Notes: a model not told the origin generated them from the letters alone. DNA of 63,887 bases, filler included, from Vicugna vicugna (GCA_013265495.1; 79 parts of 74 records of this genome joined end to end with filler, not necessarily neighbours in it); one strand, 5' to 3'. Shown: positions 12,326 to 24,240, numbered from the whole stretch's first letter. Numbers and translations are program-made.

Positions 12326-13881
12326 TTCACCTAGCTTAAAGGGAACACAAAGATTCTTTTCAGTTGCAAATTTCACTAAATACAAATATATGGGGAGGTA
12401 CAAGCTCCAACTCGGTTTTACAGTGAAAACTGCAAGAAGTTCAAAACGGCACTAGGAAACAGACTGAGAAATCAGAGTATGTGTTTCTCCTGCAACCCGA
12501 TCCCTTTGTGCTGTATGAACGAACGTCTCTCCACATGCTCAGTTCTGAGAGATAAGTGTGTGTGAAAGCCGTCCTTCACCTAGCTTGAAGGGAACACAAA
12601 GTTTCTTTTCAGTTGCCAACTCCACTCCATNNNNNNNNNNNNNNNNNNNNNNNNNNNNNNNNNNNNNNNNNNNNNNNNNNNNNNNNNNNNNNNNNNNNNN
12701 NNNNNNNNNNNNNNNNNNNNNNNNNNNNNNNNNNNNNNNNNNNNNNNNNNNNNNNNNNNNNNNNNNNNNNNNNNNNNNNNNNNNNNNNNNNNNNNNNNNN
12801 NNNNNNNNNNNNNNNNNNNNNNNNNNNNNNNNNNNNNNNNNNNNNNNNNNNNNNNNNNNNNNNNNNNNNNNNNNNNNNNNNNNNNNNNNNNNNNNNNNNN
12901 NNNNNNNNNNNNNNNNNNNNNNNNNNNNNNNNNNNNNNNNNNNNNNNNNNNNNNNNNNNNNNNNNNNNNNNNNNNNNNNNNNNNNNNNNNNNNNNNNNNN
13001 NNNNNNNNNNNNNNNNNNNNNNNNNNNNNNNNNNNNNNNNNNNNNNNNNNNNNNNNNNNNNNNNNNNNNNNNNNNNNNNNNNNNNNNNNNNNNNNNNNNN
13101 NNNNNNNNNNNNNNNNNNNNNNNNNNNNNNNNNNNNNNNNNNNNNNNNNNNNNNNNNNNNNNNNNNNNNNNNNNNNNNNNNNNNNNNNNNNNNNNNNNNN
13201 NNNNNNNNNNNNNNNNNNNNNNNNNNNNNNNNNNNNNNNNNNNNNNNNNNNNNNNNNNNNNNNNNNATAAGTGTGTGTGAAAGCCCTCCTCAACCTAGCT
13301 TAAAGGGAACACAAAGTTTCTTTTCAGTTGCAAACTCCACTCCATAAATATATATGGGGAGGTAAAATCTTCAACTCCATTTTACAGTGAAAAAGCAGGA
13401 AATTCAAACTGGCACTAGGAAACAGACTAAGAAACCAGAGTAAGTGTTTCTCCTGCTACCCGTTCCCTTGGTGCTGGATGAACGATCGTTTCTCCACATG
13501 CTCAGTTCTGAGAGATAAGTGTGTGTGAAAGCCCTCCTCAACCTAGCTTAAAGGGAACACAAAGTTTCTTTTCAGTTGCAAACTCCACTCCATAAATATA
13601 TATGGGGAGGTAAAATCTTCAACTCCATTTTACAGTGAAAAAGCAGGAAATTCAAACTGGCACTAGGAAACAGACTAAGAAACCAGAGTAAGTGTTTCTC
13701 CTGCTACCCGTTCCCTTGGTGCTGGATGAACGATCGTTTCTCCACATGCTCAGTTCTGAGAGATAAGTGTGTGTGAAAGCCCTCCTCCACGCAGCTGAAA
13801 GGGAACAGTATGTTTCTTTTCATTTGCGTACTCCAATACATACATATATATGGGAAGGTACAAGCTCCAACTCGGTTTTAC
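12326..13881 (+). repeat. Satellite C: 248-bp monomer tandem array
   Basis: ataagtgtgtgtgaaagcc at 13267, 13515 and 13763, an exact 248-bp period. Confidence 0.95.
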
Positions 13882-13981
13882 NNNNNNNNNNNNNNNNNNN
13901 NNNNNNNNNNNNNNNNNNNNNNNNNTTAATTAATTAANNNNNNNNNNNNNNNNNNNNNNNNNNNNNNNNNNNNNNNNNNNN

Positions 13982-15176
13982 GACATTAGGAAAATCCTCA
14001 GGGGAGAATAGCTTAGGCATTCCGTTTAAACGAACACGCTGCGAACCGTTGGTGGAATCTCCCCACGCTCAGGATTCCGGAACCATTCTCAGTGCGTGGG
14101 GAAGCTCGAGAGACAACTCCACGCAGCTCTCTTCAGTCACAGGTTTTCCCTGTNNNNNNNNNNNNNNNNNNNNNNNNNNNNNNNNNNNNNNNNNNNNNNN
14201 NNNNNNNNNNNNNNNNNNNNNNNNNNNNNNNNNNNNNNNNNNNNNNNNNNNNNNNNNNNNNNNNNNNNNNNNNNNNNNNNNNNNNNNNNNNNNNNNNNNN
14301 NNNNNNNNNNNNNNNNNNNNNNNNNNNNNNNNNNNNNNNNNNNNNNNNNNNNNNNNNNNNNNNNNNNNNNNNNNNNNNNNNNNNNNNNNNNNNNNNNNNN
14401 NNNNNNNNNNNNNNNNNNNNNNNNNNNNNNNNNNNNNNNNNNNNNNNNNNNNNNNNNNNNNNNNNNNNNNNNNNNNNNNNNNNNNNNNNNNNNNNNNNNN
14501 NNNNNNNNNNNNNNNNNNNNNNNNNNNNNNNNNNNNNNNNNNNNNNNNNNNNNNNNNNNNNNNNNNNNNNNNNNNNNNNNNNNNNNNNNNNNNNNNNNNN
14601 NNNNNNNNNNNNNNNNNNNNNNNNNNNNNNNNNNNNNNNNNNNNNNNNNNNNNNNNNNNNNNNNNNNNNNNNNNNNNNNNNNNNNNNNNNNNNNNNNNNN
14701 NNNNNNNNNNNNNNNNNNNNNNNNNNNNNNNNNNNNNNNNNNNNNNNNNNNNNNNNNNNNNNNNNNNNNNNNNNNNNNNNNNNNNNNNNNNNNNNNNNNN
14801 NNNNNNNNNNNNNNNNNNNNNNNNNNNNNNNNNNNNNNNNNNNNNNNNNNNNNNNNNNNNNNNNNNNNNNNNNNNNNNNNNNNNNNNNNNNNNNNNNNNN
14901 NNNNNNNNNNNNNNNNNNNNNNNNNNNNNNNNNNNNNNNNNNNNNNNNNNNNNNNNNNNNNNNNNNNNNNNNNNNNNNNNNNNNNNNNNNNNNNNNNNNN
15001 NNNNNNNNNNNNNNNNNNNNNNNNNNNNNNNNNNNNNNNNNNNNNNNNNNNNNNNNNNNNNNNNNNNNNNNNNNNNNNNNNNNNNNNNNNNNNNNNNNNN
15101 NNNNNNNNNNNNNNNNGTTGGTGGAACTTCACGACGCTCAGGATTCCGGAAACATTTTCAGTGCGTGGGGGAGCTC
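13982..15176 (+). repeat. Satellite A (267-bp) fragments flanking a gap
   Basis: Both ends match the monomer seen in 15277-16253. Confidence 0.92.
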
Positions 15177-15276
15177 NNNNNNNNNNNNNNNNNNNNNNNN
15201 NNNNNNNNNNNNNNNNNNNNTTAATTAATTAANNNNNNNNNNNNNNNNNNNNNNNNNNNNNNNNNNNNNNNNNNNN

Positions 15277-16253
15277 GAGACGAGCTTAGGCTTTCCGTTA
15301 GAACCCATGCGCTGCAGACCGGTGGTGGAAACTCTAAACGCTCAGGATTCCGGAACCATTGTCAGTGCGTGGGGGAGCTCGAGAGACAACTCCACGCAGC
15401 TCTCTTCAGTCACAGGTGTTCCCTGTTAGGGGAAGTCCGAGAAATACCTTCCCTGACAAGCCTCTGACACTGGGATATCTTGCAATCACCCTTAGCATTA
15501 CCTGGCACAGAGACATTAGGAAAACCCTCAGGGGAGAGCAGCTTAGGCATTCCGTTAGAACCCACGCGCTGCCGACCTTTGGTGCAACCTCCCCACACTC
15601 AGGATTCCGGAAACATTGTCAGTGCGTGGGGGAGCTCGAGAGACAACTCCACGGGACTCTCTTCAGTCACTGGTGTTCCCTGTTCGGGGAAGCCATAGAA
15701 ATATCTTCCCTGGCCTTGGGGAGGCAGCATCTGACACTGGGATATTCTGCAATCACCCCTAGCATTCCCTGGCACAGAGACATTAGGAAAACCCTCAGGG
15801 GAGACGAGCTTAGGCATTCCGTTAGAACCCACGCGCTGCCGACCGTTGGTGGAACCTCCCCACGCTCAGGATTTGGCAGCCGTTGTCAGTGCGTGGGGGA
15901 GCTCGAGAGGCAACTCCACGCTTCTCTTTTCAGTCCCTGGTCTTCCCCGTTCGGGGAAGTCCGAGAAATAACTTAACTGAATTTGGATAGGCAGCCTCTG
16001 TCACTGGGATATCCTGCAATCCCCCCTAGCTTTCCCTGGTACAGGGAAATAAGGAAAAGCCTCAGGGGAGACGAGCATAGGCATTCCATAAGAACCCTCA
16101 CGCTGCCGACCGTTTGTGGAACCTCCACACTCTCAGGATTCCGCAGACGTTGTCAGTGCATCGGGGACTTCGAGAGGCAAATCCACGCAGCTCCCTTCAG
16201 TCAAGGTTTTCCCTGTTCGGGGAAGTCCGCGAAATATCTTCCCTGACATTGGG
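15277..16253 (+). repeat. Satellite A: CpG-rich 267-bp monomer tandem array (candidate centromeric satellite)
   Basis: The gc(t/a)tagg landmark lies at 15284, 15541, 15808 and 16075. Spacings are 257 (10-bp deletion), 267 and 267. Confidence 0.96.
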
Positions 16254-16353
16254 NNNNNNNNNNNNNNNNNNNNNNNNNNNNNNNNNNNNNNNNNNNNTTA
16301 ATTAATTAANNNNNNNNNNNNNNNNNNNNNNNNNNNNNNNNNNNNNNNNNNNN

Positions 16354-16490
16354 TCTCCTCACCCATATAATGGGGGGATAATAATAGCAATTTATAGGGC
16401 TATTGTGATGAGTCAATTATTTACTAATTGTGAAAACATTTGGAACATTAACCGCAGGCATGTGAAAAACTCTACCTAAGTATAAGCTAT
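16354..16490 (+). mobile_element. MIR SINE fragment
   Basis: ctcctcacccatataatggggggataataatagc...atagggctattgtga matches the sense MIR core. Confidence 0.65.
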
Positions 16491-16819
16491 GAATATGGTG
16501 ACCAAAGTCTTAAAAAGGTGTTTTTCTTAGTTTTTAAGNNNNNNNNNNNNNNNNNNNNNNNNNNNNNNNNNNNNNNNNNNNNNNNNNNNNNNNNNNNNNN
16601 NNNNNNNNNNNNNNNNNNNNNNNNNNNNNNNNNNNNNNNNNNNNNNNNNNNNNNNNNNNNNNNNNNNNNNNNNNNNNNNNNNNNNNNNNNNNNNNNNNNN
16701 NNNNNNNNNNNNNNNNNNNNNNNNNNNNNNNNNNNNNNNNNNNNNNNNNNNNNNNNNNNNNNNNNNNNNNNNNNNNNNNNNNNNNNNNNNNNNNNNNNNN
16801 NNNNNNNNNAAGATTCCTT

Positions 16820-16975
16820 AAATGCTTACTATTGCTCCAGCACACATCTATTTTTCTAAATCCTCACAATCACCCTGTGGGGAAGGTAATATTATATCTC
16901 TTTTACAGATGAGGAAATAGAGCCACGTGGAGATGATGCAATTTGCCCCAAATGAAGCAACTATTAAGTGAAAGT
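16820..16975 (-). mobile_element. MIR SINE fragment
   Basis: aatcctcacaatcaccctgtg...ttttacagatgaggaaatagag...atttgcccca matches the antisense MIR core. Confidence 0.8.
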
Positions 16976-17140
16976 ACTGAAATACACAGAGACCAAAGAC
17001 ACACTAACTGTATAGCACTGTCTCCTTCATCGTCTGTGAANNNNNNNNNNNNNNNNNNNNNNNNNNNNNNNNNNNNNNNNNNNNTTAATTAATTAANNNN
17101 NNNNNNNNNNNNNNNNNNNNNNNNNNNNNNNNNNNNNNNN

Positions 17141-18050
17141 TTCATCCACCAAACAAGGCATATATACCCTTTGAAATATTTACTCAGACTTCATAAGTTT
17201 TTTGTATCACTAGATTCTAAAATCGGACATTTGGCACTAGAAAACACTGTTTGAGCGAATTCTCACCAATACACATGTAATTTACATTGTTTACATAACC
17301 ATGGCATTCCGTATTCCGAACATGATTCATGCATCACGAATTTCTCAAATTGTATTTCTGAGCAGCGAACATGCAAATGACAGATGTTTCAACCACCAAA
17401 AAGTTTACCCACGCACTTTGAAATATTTACTTAGACTTCATTGCTTCTTCCTTTCACCAGTTTCAAGAATCACACTTTGACCCAAGAAAAACCCTCTTGG
17501 AGCGATTTCTACCCTAGAGATATGTAATTTGAATAGATTCCTTCAATATTCTATTCCGTGTTCCGTACATGCTACATGCATGACAGATTCGACAAACATG
17601 CATTCCTGAGTTGAGAGCATGTGTATTAGTGATCTTTCATCCTCTATATAATAAACAATATTTTTATTAAGACTCGTGTACCCATTTTCACAATCTTTTC
17701 CTAACACCAGATTCGAACTCGTGCATTTTTCTCAGAAAAATACTTCTGGAGCGATTTCCAACAAACAGATATGTAATTTACATGAATTCCATCAACAGGG
17801 GATTCCGGATTCTGTAAATGCTACATGAATGACCGATTCGGCAAACATGCATTTCTGAGTTGTGAGCTTATGTATTAGTGAACTTTCACCCACCAAAGAA
17901 GGCTTATATACACTTTAAAATATTTAAACTGACTTCATAAGTTTTTTGTATCACCAGGTTGTAAAATCGGACATTTGGCAGTAGAAAACACTCTTTGATC
18001 GAATGCTCACCAATAGACATGTAATTTACATTGTTTACATAACCATGGCA
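17141..18050 (-). repeat. Satellite D: 744-bp unit made of 3 diverged ~248-bp subunits (strand given relative to satellite C)
   Basis: aatcggacatttggca at 17221 and 17965 (744 bp apart). Internal tgtaattt landmark at 17276, 17523, 17772 and 18020 (247/249/248). Confidence 0.93.
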
Positions 18051-18150
18051 NNNNNNNNNNNNNNNNNNNNNNNNNNNNNNNNNNNNNNNNNNNNTTAATT
18101 AATTAANNNNNNNNNNNNNNNNNNNNNNNNNNNNNNNNNNNNNNNNNNNN

Positions 18151-19459
18151 CATCACCTAGCTAGTTGGGAACACACACTTTCTTTTGAGTGGGAAAATAC
18201 ACAACAGACATAAACATGTGGAGACACTAGTTCCAACACGGTTTAACAGTGAGAACTGCAAGAACTTAAAACCGGCAATAAGAAACATACTTAGAAACGA
18301 GAGTAAGAGTTTCAACTTCAAACAATACCATTTATGTTAGATGAAGGAACGTCCCCCCACATNNNNNNNNNNNNNNNNNNNNNNNNNNNNNNNNNNNNNN
18401 NNNNNNNNNNNNNNNNNNNNNNNNNNNNNNNNNNNNNNNNNNNNNNNNNNNNNNNNNNNNNNNNNNNNNNNNNNNNNNNNNNNNNNNNNNNNNNNNNNNN
18501 NNNNNNNNNNNNNNNNNNNNNNNNNNNNNNNNNNNNNNNNNNNNNNNNNNNNNNNNNNNNNNNNNNNNNNNNNNNNNNNNNNNNNNNNNNNNNNNNNNNN
18601 NNNNNNNNNNNNNNNNNNNNNNNNNNNNNNNNNNNNNNNNNNNNNNNNNNNNNNNNNNNNNNNNNNNNNNNNNNNNNNNNNNNNNNNNNNNNNNNNNNNN
18701 NNNNNNNNNNNNNNNNNNNNNNNNNNNNCGGCTTTCACATTATCTCTCAGAACTGAGCAAGTGGAGAGACGTTCGTTCAACCAGCACAAAGGTAACGGGT
18801 TGTAGGAGAAACACTTAGACTGGGTTCTCAGTCTGTTTCCTAGTGCCGGGTTGAAGTTCCAGCAGTTTCCACTATAGAGTCGATTTGGAGCTAGTACCTA
18901 ACATATATATCTATTTAGATGAGTTTCCAACTGAAAAGAAACTTTCTATCCCCAACAAGCTAGGTTAAGTTCGTCTTTCACACACACTAAACTCTCAGAA
19001 TAGAGCAGGTAGAGACACGTTCGTTTATCTAGAAAAAAGGGAACCGGTGGCAGGAGAAAGACGTTCTCTGGTTTCGTAGTCTGTTTCCTAGTGGTGGTTT
19101 GAAGTTCCTGCAGTTTTCACTATAAAATAGCTTTGGAGCTTGTACCTCCCCATATATATGTATGTAGAAGAGTTTCCAACTGAAAAGGAACCTTACGTTC
19201 TCAACAAGCGATGAGAAGGAATGCTTTGACACACACTTTAATCTTATAACTAAGCAAGGGGAGAGACTTTCGTTCAGGTAGCACAAAGGAAACAGTTGGC
19301 AGTAGAAAACCTTACTCAGGTTTCTCAATCTGTTTCCTACTGCCGTTTGAATTTTCCTGCAGCATTCACTGAAAAACCGAGTTGGAACTTGTACCTCCAC
19401 AAATATATGCAGATAGAGGACATTGTAACTAAAAAGAAACTTGTTCTTCCATTGAAGCT
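18151..19459. repeat. Satellite C, diverged monomers, forward before the gap and reverse after it
   Basis: 18151-18362 is colinear with 12326 onward. 18729-19459 is reverse-complement, with tctgtttccta at 18832, 19080 and 19329. Confidence 0.9.
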
Positions 19460-19559
19460 NNNNNNNNNNNNNNNNNNNNNNNNNNNNNNNNNNNNNNNNN
19501 NNNTTAATTAATTAANNNNNNNNNNNNNNNNNNNNNNNNNNNNNNNNNNNNNNNNNNNN

Positions 19560-20322
19560 CGATGGCGGGATCGGCGCTGCCCCGTGCGACCGCGGGGATT
19601 TGCTCCCATTTCCCACTGCTGCTCCCGCTGCCCCCACACACTGACCGCACGGCGCCCGCCCCTCAGGAGCAGACTGATCAGTAACCTGAGTCCCACGAAC
19701 CTGGGGCATTAGAGGCCGCCCCTAGGCCAGGCCGCCGGGAGATGGGAGCAAATCAACAGGCTGGCAGGGGCAGACCCCTTTCCCGGCAGTGGAGGCACAG
19801 GCCGCCGCCCCCCCACCCCCGCAACCTGACAGCACCGCACCCGCCTCCCAGGAGAAGGCTGCCTGCCACACGTGCACCCCGCGAACATGGGGAAACACAG
19901 ACCGCCCGAACCCAGGCCGCGGGGGACTAGGGTACACATCCAGGGGCTCGCATGGGGCAGCCCCCATGCCCCCGCGGCCGCAGCCGCCTCGGCCCGAAGA
20001 CTGCACGCACCCGCCCCCTGGGAGCAGGCCACGGTCTGAGGGCAGGTCGCAGGTGCTCCGGGGCTGTCAGGCACCCTCCCACCTCCCGAAGCTGCACCCG
20101 CTTTCCCAAACACGGAGGGGTTCAGGGACTACCAAAGGGTGGGGGGCAACACGAACCAGTGACTGGCCCTGGACCCACCTGAAGATCCTAAGGAGCCGCG
20201 CAGCCAGGGCCGCACCCACGCACCCCTCTCTGTGCGCCTCCCGAAAGCATGGCAGGCCTCACCGGTGGCTCCCCGGCCCCCAGGCCGTGTTTCTCCTCGG
20301 GGAGCTGGTCCAGGAGAATCCA
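19560..20322. other. GC-rich, CpG-island-like fragment of unknown identity
   Basis: High GC and many CpGs. The overlapping ORFs are low-complexity and unrecognisable. Confidence 0.6.
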
Positions 20323-20422
20323 NNNNNNNNNNNNNNNNNNNNNNNNNNNNNNNNNNNNNNNNNNNNTTAATTAATTAANNNNNNNNNNNNNNNNNNNNNN
20401 NNNNNNNNNNNNNNNNNNNNNN

Positions 20423-20884
20423 GGAGGTTCCACCAACGGTTGGCAGCGCGTGGGTTCTATTGGAAAGCCTTAGCTCATCTCCCCTGAGTGTTTTCTAATG
20501 TCTCTGTGCCAGGGAATGCTAGGGGGGTTTGCAGGATATCCCAGTGACAGAGGCTGCCTCCCCAAGTTCAGGGAAGGTATTCCTCGGACTTCCCCTTACA
20601 GGGAACACCTGTGACTGAAGAGAGCTGCATGGAAGTGTCTCTCGAGTTCCCCCACGCACTGACAATTGTTCCGGAATCCTGAGCGTGGGGAGGTTCCACC
20701 AATGATCGGCAGCGCGTGGGTTCTAACGGAAAGCCTAAGCTCGCCTCCCCTGAGCGTTTTCCTAATATCTCTGTGCCAGGGAATGCTAGTGGGGTTTGCA
20801 GGATATCCCAGTGACAGAGGCTGCATTCGGACTTCCCCTAACAGGGAACACCTGTGATTGAAGAGAGCTGTGTGGATTTTTCTC
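20423..20884 (-). repeat. Satellite A (267-bp), reverse orientation
   Basis: Reverse complement of the monomer. The second unit has a ~25-bp deletion near 20825. Confidence 0.95.
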
Positions 20885-20984
20885 NNNNNNNNNNNNNNNN
20901 NNNNNNNNNNNNNNNNNNNNNNNNNNNNTTAATTAATTAANNNNNNNNNNNNNNNNNNNNNNNNNNNNNNNNNNNNNNNNNNNN

Positions 20985-21952
20985 GCATGATTCCCGAATC
21001 CGTCATGCATGTAGCATGCACGGAACCCGAAGCCATGTTGTTGGTATTCATGTAAATTTCATATCTGTTAGGTGGAAATCGCTCCAGAACTATGTTTCTG
21101 TGAAAAAAGCACGAATTCGAAATTGGTGTTAGGGAAAGCTTGTGAAAATGTGTACAAGTGTCTAGATGATAATATTACTTTTATAGAGGATGACAAATTA
21201 GTAATCTAGATGCCCTCAACTCAGGAATATATGTTTGTCGAATCCGATATATACGTAGCATGCACGGAACAAGGAATATCATGTAGATGGAATCTATTCA
21301 AATTACATATCTCTAGGGTAGAATTCGGTCCAAGAGGGTTTTTCGGATATCTAAGAGTGATTCTTAAAACTGGTGATAGGAAGAAGCTACGAAGTCAAAG
21401 TCAATATTTCAAAGTNNNNNNNNNNNNNNNNNNNNNNNNNNNNNNNNNNNNNNNNNNNNNNNNNNNNNNNNNNNNNNNNNNNNNNNNNNNNNNNNNNNNN
21501 NNNNNNNNNNNNNNNNNNNNNNNNNNNNNNNNNNNNNNNNNNNNNTAAACAATGGACATGTGTATCGGTGAGAATTCACTCAAACAGAGTTTTCTGGTGC
21601 CAAATGTCCGATTTTAGAACCTGGTGATAGAAAAAACCTATGAAGTCAGAGTAAATATTTCTAAGCTAAGTCTANNNNNNNNNNNNNNNNNNNNNNNNNN
21701 NNNNNNNNNNNNNNNNNNNNNNNNNNNNNNNNNNNNNNNNNNNNNNNNNNNNNNNNNNNNNNNNNNNNNNNNNNNNNNNNNNNNNNNNNNNNNNNNNNNN
21801 NNNNNNNNNNNNNNNNNNNNNNNNNNAAAAGCACGAAATCTGGTGTTAGGGAAAGCTTGTGAAAATGTGTACACGTGTCTAGATGAAAATATTCCTTTTA
21901 TAGAGGATGAAAGATTAGTAATCCACATGCTCTCAACTCAGGAATGGAATGC
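20985..21952 (+). repeat. Satellite D
   Basis: Reverse complement of the 17141-18050 unit, e.g. tggtgttagggaaagcttgtgaaaatgtgtac occurs twice. Confidence 0.92.
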
Positions 21953-22052
21953 NNNNNNNNNNNNNNNNNNNNNNNNNNNNNNNNNNNNNNNNNNNNTTAA
22001 TTAATTAANNNNNNNNNNNNNNNNNNNNNNNNNNNNNNNNNNNNNNNNNNNN

Positions 22053-22868
22053 CATGTACGGAACCCGGAATGCCATGTTGTTGGAATTCATGTAAATTAC
22101 ATATTTGTAAGTTGGAAAACGCTCCAGAATTATATTTCTGTGAAAAAAGCAAGAATTCGAATCAGGTGTTACGGAAATTTGTGAAAATGTGTACATGTGA
22201 CTAGAGGAAAATATTCCTTTTATAGAGGATGAAAGATTGGAAATCCAGATGTCCTCAACTCAGGAATGTATCTTTGTCGAATCGAATATATATGTAGCAT
22301 GCACGGAACAAGGAATATCATGTAGATGGAATCTATTCAAATTACATATCTCTAGGGTAGAATTCGGTCCAAGAGGGTTTTTCTGATATCTAAGTGTGAT
22401 TCATAAAACTGGTGATAGGAAGAAGCTATGAAGTCAAAGTCAATATTTCAAAGTGCATAGGTAACTTGTTTGGTGCTTGAAACATCAGTCATGCGCATGT
22501 TCACAACTCAGAAATTCATGTTTGAGGAATCTGTGATGCATTAAACATGTTCGTAATACGGAATTCCATGGTTATGTAAACAATGGAAATAACATGTGTA
22601 TTGGTGAGAATTNNNNNNNNNNNNNNNNNNNNNNNNNNNNNNNNNNNNNNNNNNNNNNNNNNNNNNNNNNNNNNNNNNNNNNNNNNNNNNNNNNNNNNNN
22701 NNNNNNNNNNNNNNNNNNNNNNNNNNNNNNNNNNNNNNNNTGATTGCCGATCCCACATGTAGCATGTACGGAACCTGGAAAGCCATGTTGTTGGAATTCA
22801 TGTAAATTACATATCTGTTAGGTGGAAATCGCTCCAGAACAATGTTTCTGTGAAAAAAGCAAAGCACA
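22053..22868 (+). repeat. Satellite D
   Basis: Same unit. The segment around 22200-22455 is nearly identical to 21160-21415. Confidence 0.92.
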
Positions 22869-22968
22869 NNNNNNNNNNNNNNNNNNNNNNNNNNNNNNNN
22901 NNNNNNNNNNNNTTAATTAATTAANNNNNNNNNNNNNNNNNNNNNNNNNNNNNNNNNNNNNNNNNNNN

Positions 22969-23220
22969 CACGGAATATCATAGATTGAATCTAATCAAAT
23001 TACAATTCTCTAGGGTAGAATTCTCTAAAAGAGGGTTTATCTGGGATCAAAGTTTGATGCTTGAACCTGGAGATAGGAAGAATCTACGAAGTAAAAGTCA
23101 ATATTTCTGAGTGCATAGGTAATTTGTTTGGTGCTTGAAACATCAGTCATTCGCATGTTCACAAATCAGAAATGTAAGTGTGAGGAATCCGTGATGCATG
23201 AAACATGTTCGTAATACGGA
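22969..23220 (+). repeat. Satellite D
   Basis: Matches 22310-22560. Confidence 0.9.
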
Positions 23221-24059
23221 NNNNNNNNNNNNNNNNNNNNNNNNNNNNNNNNNNNNNNNNNNNNTTAATTAATTAANNNNNNNNNNNNNNNNNNNNNNNN
23301 NNNNNNNNNNNNNNNNNNNNATTCCCAGTGCCTGGAGTAGTCCCAGGCATGTTGAAGAAAAAAAATTAAGGTGACTTGCAGCAGCCACATAGTGAAACAG
23401 AAGAAGTGAGGATTTGCCGCCAGGTGACTCTGAGCACTGAGCCCTGAAAGACCAACCAAGGAAACTGAAAAAGGAGAGGGGCTTGTGATGGGCGGGGCAG
23501 CATCTGAAAGCCCCGCCCACCGCTCTGGCTTTCCCTCTTAATTTCCCTTGAAAAACCAGCAGGGAGGAGGGGCTCTGAAGGTCTATAAGGCCTCTTCTAC
23601 CAGGTTAGAGTGACAGAGCCCTCTGGGGTCACCTGCAAGGTAGTGGCAGGAGGAGTCACAGGGCTAGGCACCGGGAGGTTTCCCAGGATCCCAGGCTCCT
23701 TCAACTTCCCCAGGCAAACCCTGGGGCCCAGGACACTGCAAAGAAGACTCCCTGGATGATGGAAAGAGCCATGGGGTAGGAACTGAGGGCCAGGGCAGAG
23801 CAACTTGCAGCATTTGAGATAAACCTGAAGAAGTCATCCAGGTAATGAGCTCAATGGGCTCCCAGCCTGGGGCTTTTGAAGGTGGGGCAGGGGGTGGTCC
23901 TTGGAAGAACAGACAGAGGCCAGAGTGGCTGGACTGAGGGCAGCNNNNNNNNNNNNNNNNNNNNNNNNNNNNNNNNNNNNNNNNNNNNTTAATTAATTAA
24001 NNNNNNNNNNNNNNNNNNNNNNNNNNNNNNNNNNNNNNNNNNNNACCAAGCCAGTAACT

Positions 24060-24240
24060 CAAGGACCATACATGAAGCCTGTAGATGTTGTTTGATTGGC
24101 AAGCCCATTATTTTAAAGATAAAGAAATTCTCCATTGAAATCCATATTTAAATCTTCTCTTGAAAACACTGAGAATCTGTTAGCCTTAGGCCCATATTCC
24201 ATCATGGTAAAATGAGCAATAGTGGAGTGGTGGCACTTGT
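24060..24240. mobile_element. Possible ancient hAT-type DNA transposon remnant (MER103-like)
   Basis: aaatccatattt...cttctcttgaaaa...gaatctg...ggcccatattcc...catgg resembles the MER103-type consensus as recalled. Not verified. Confidence 0.4.

Noticed and set aside
12558..15232. Long ORFs (240-391 aa) in the ORF track, and similar ones at 42934-44973 and 50656-51765
   Set aside because: They are composed almost entirely of X from N gaps.
15900..15970. Possible CENP-B box in satellite A (ttcggggaagtccga), and ttcggaatacgg in satellite D
   Set aside because: Neither fits TTCG-n4-A-n2-CGGG.
15359..15976. 205-aa ORF with an internal repeat
   Set aside because: It is a read-through of the 267-bp (89-codon) satellite. 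Other copies carry stops and indels.
12326..16253. Common origin of the 248-bp and 267-bp families
   Set aside because: They share only short words (gtgtgtgtg, ggaaacaga, aactccac) and show no colinear alignment by eye.
23480..23600. GC boxes plus TATAAG suggesting a core promoter
   Set aside because: The motifs are short, and there is no identifiable downstream exon on a 620-bp fragment.
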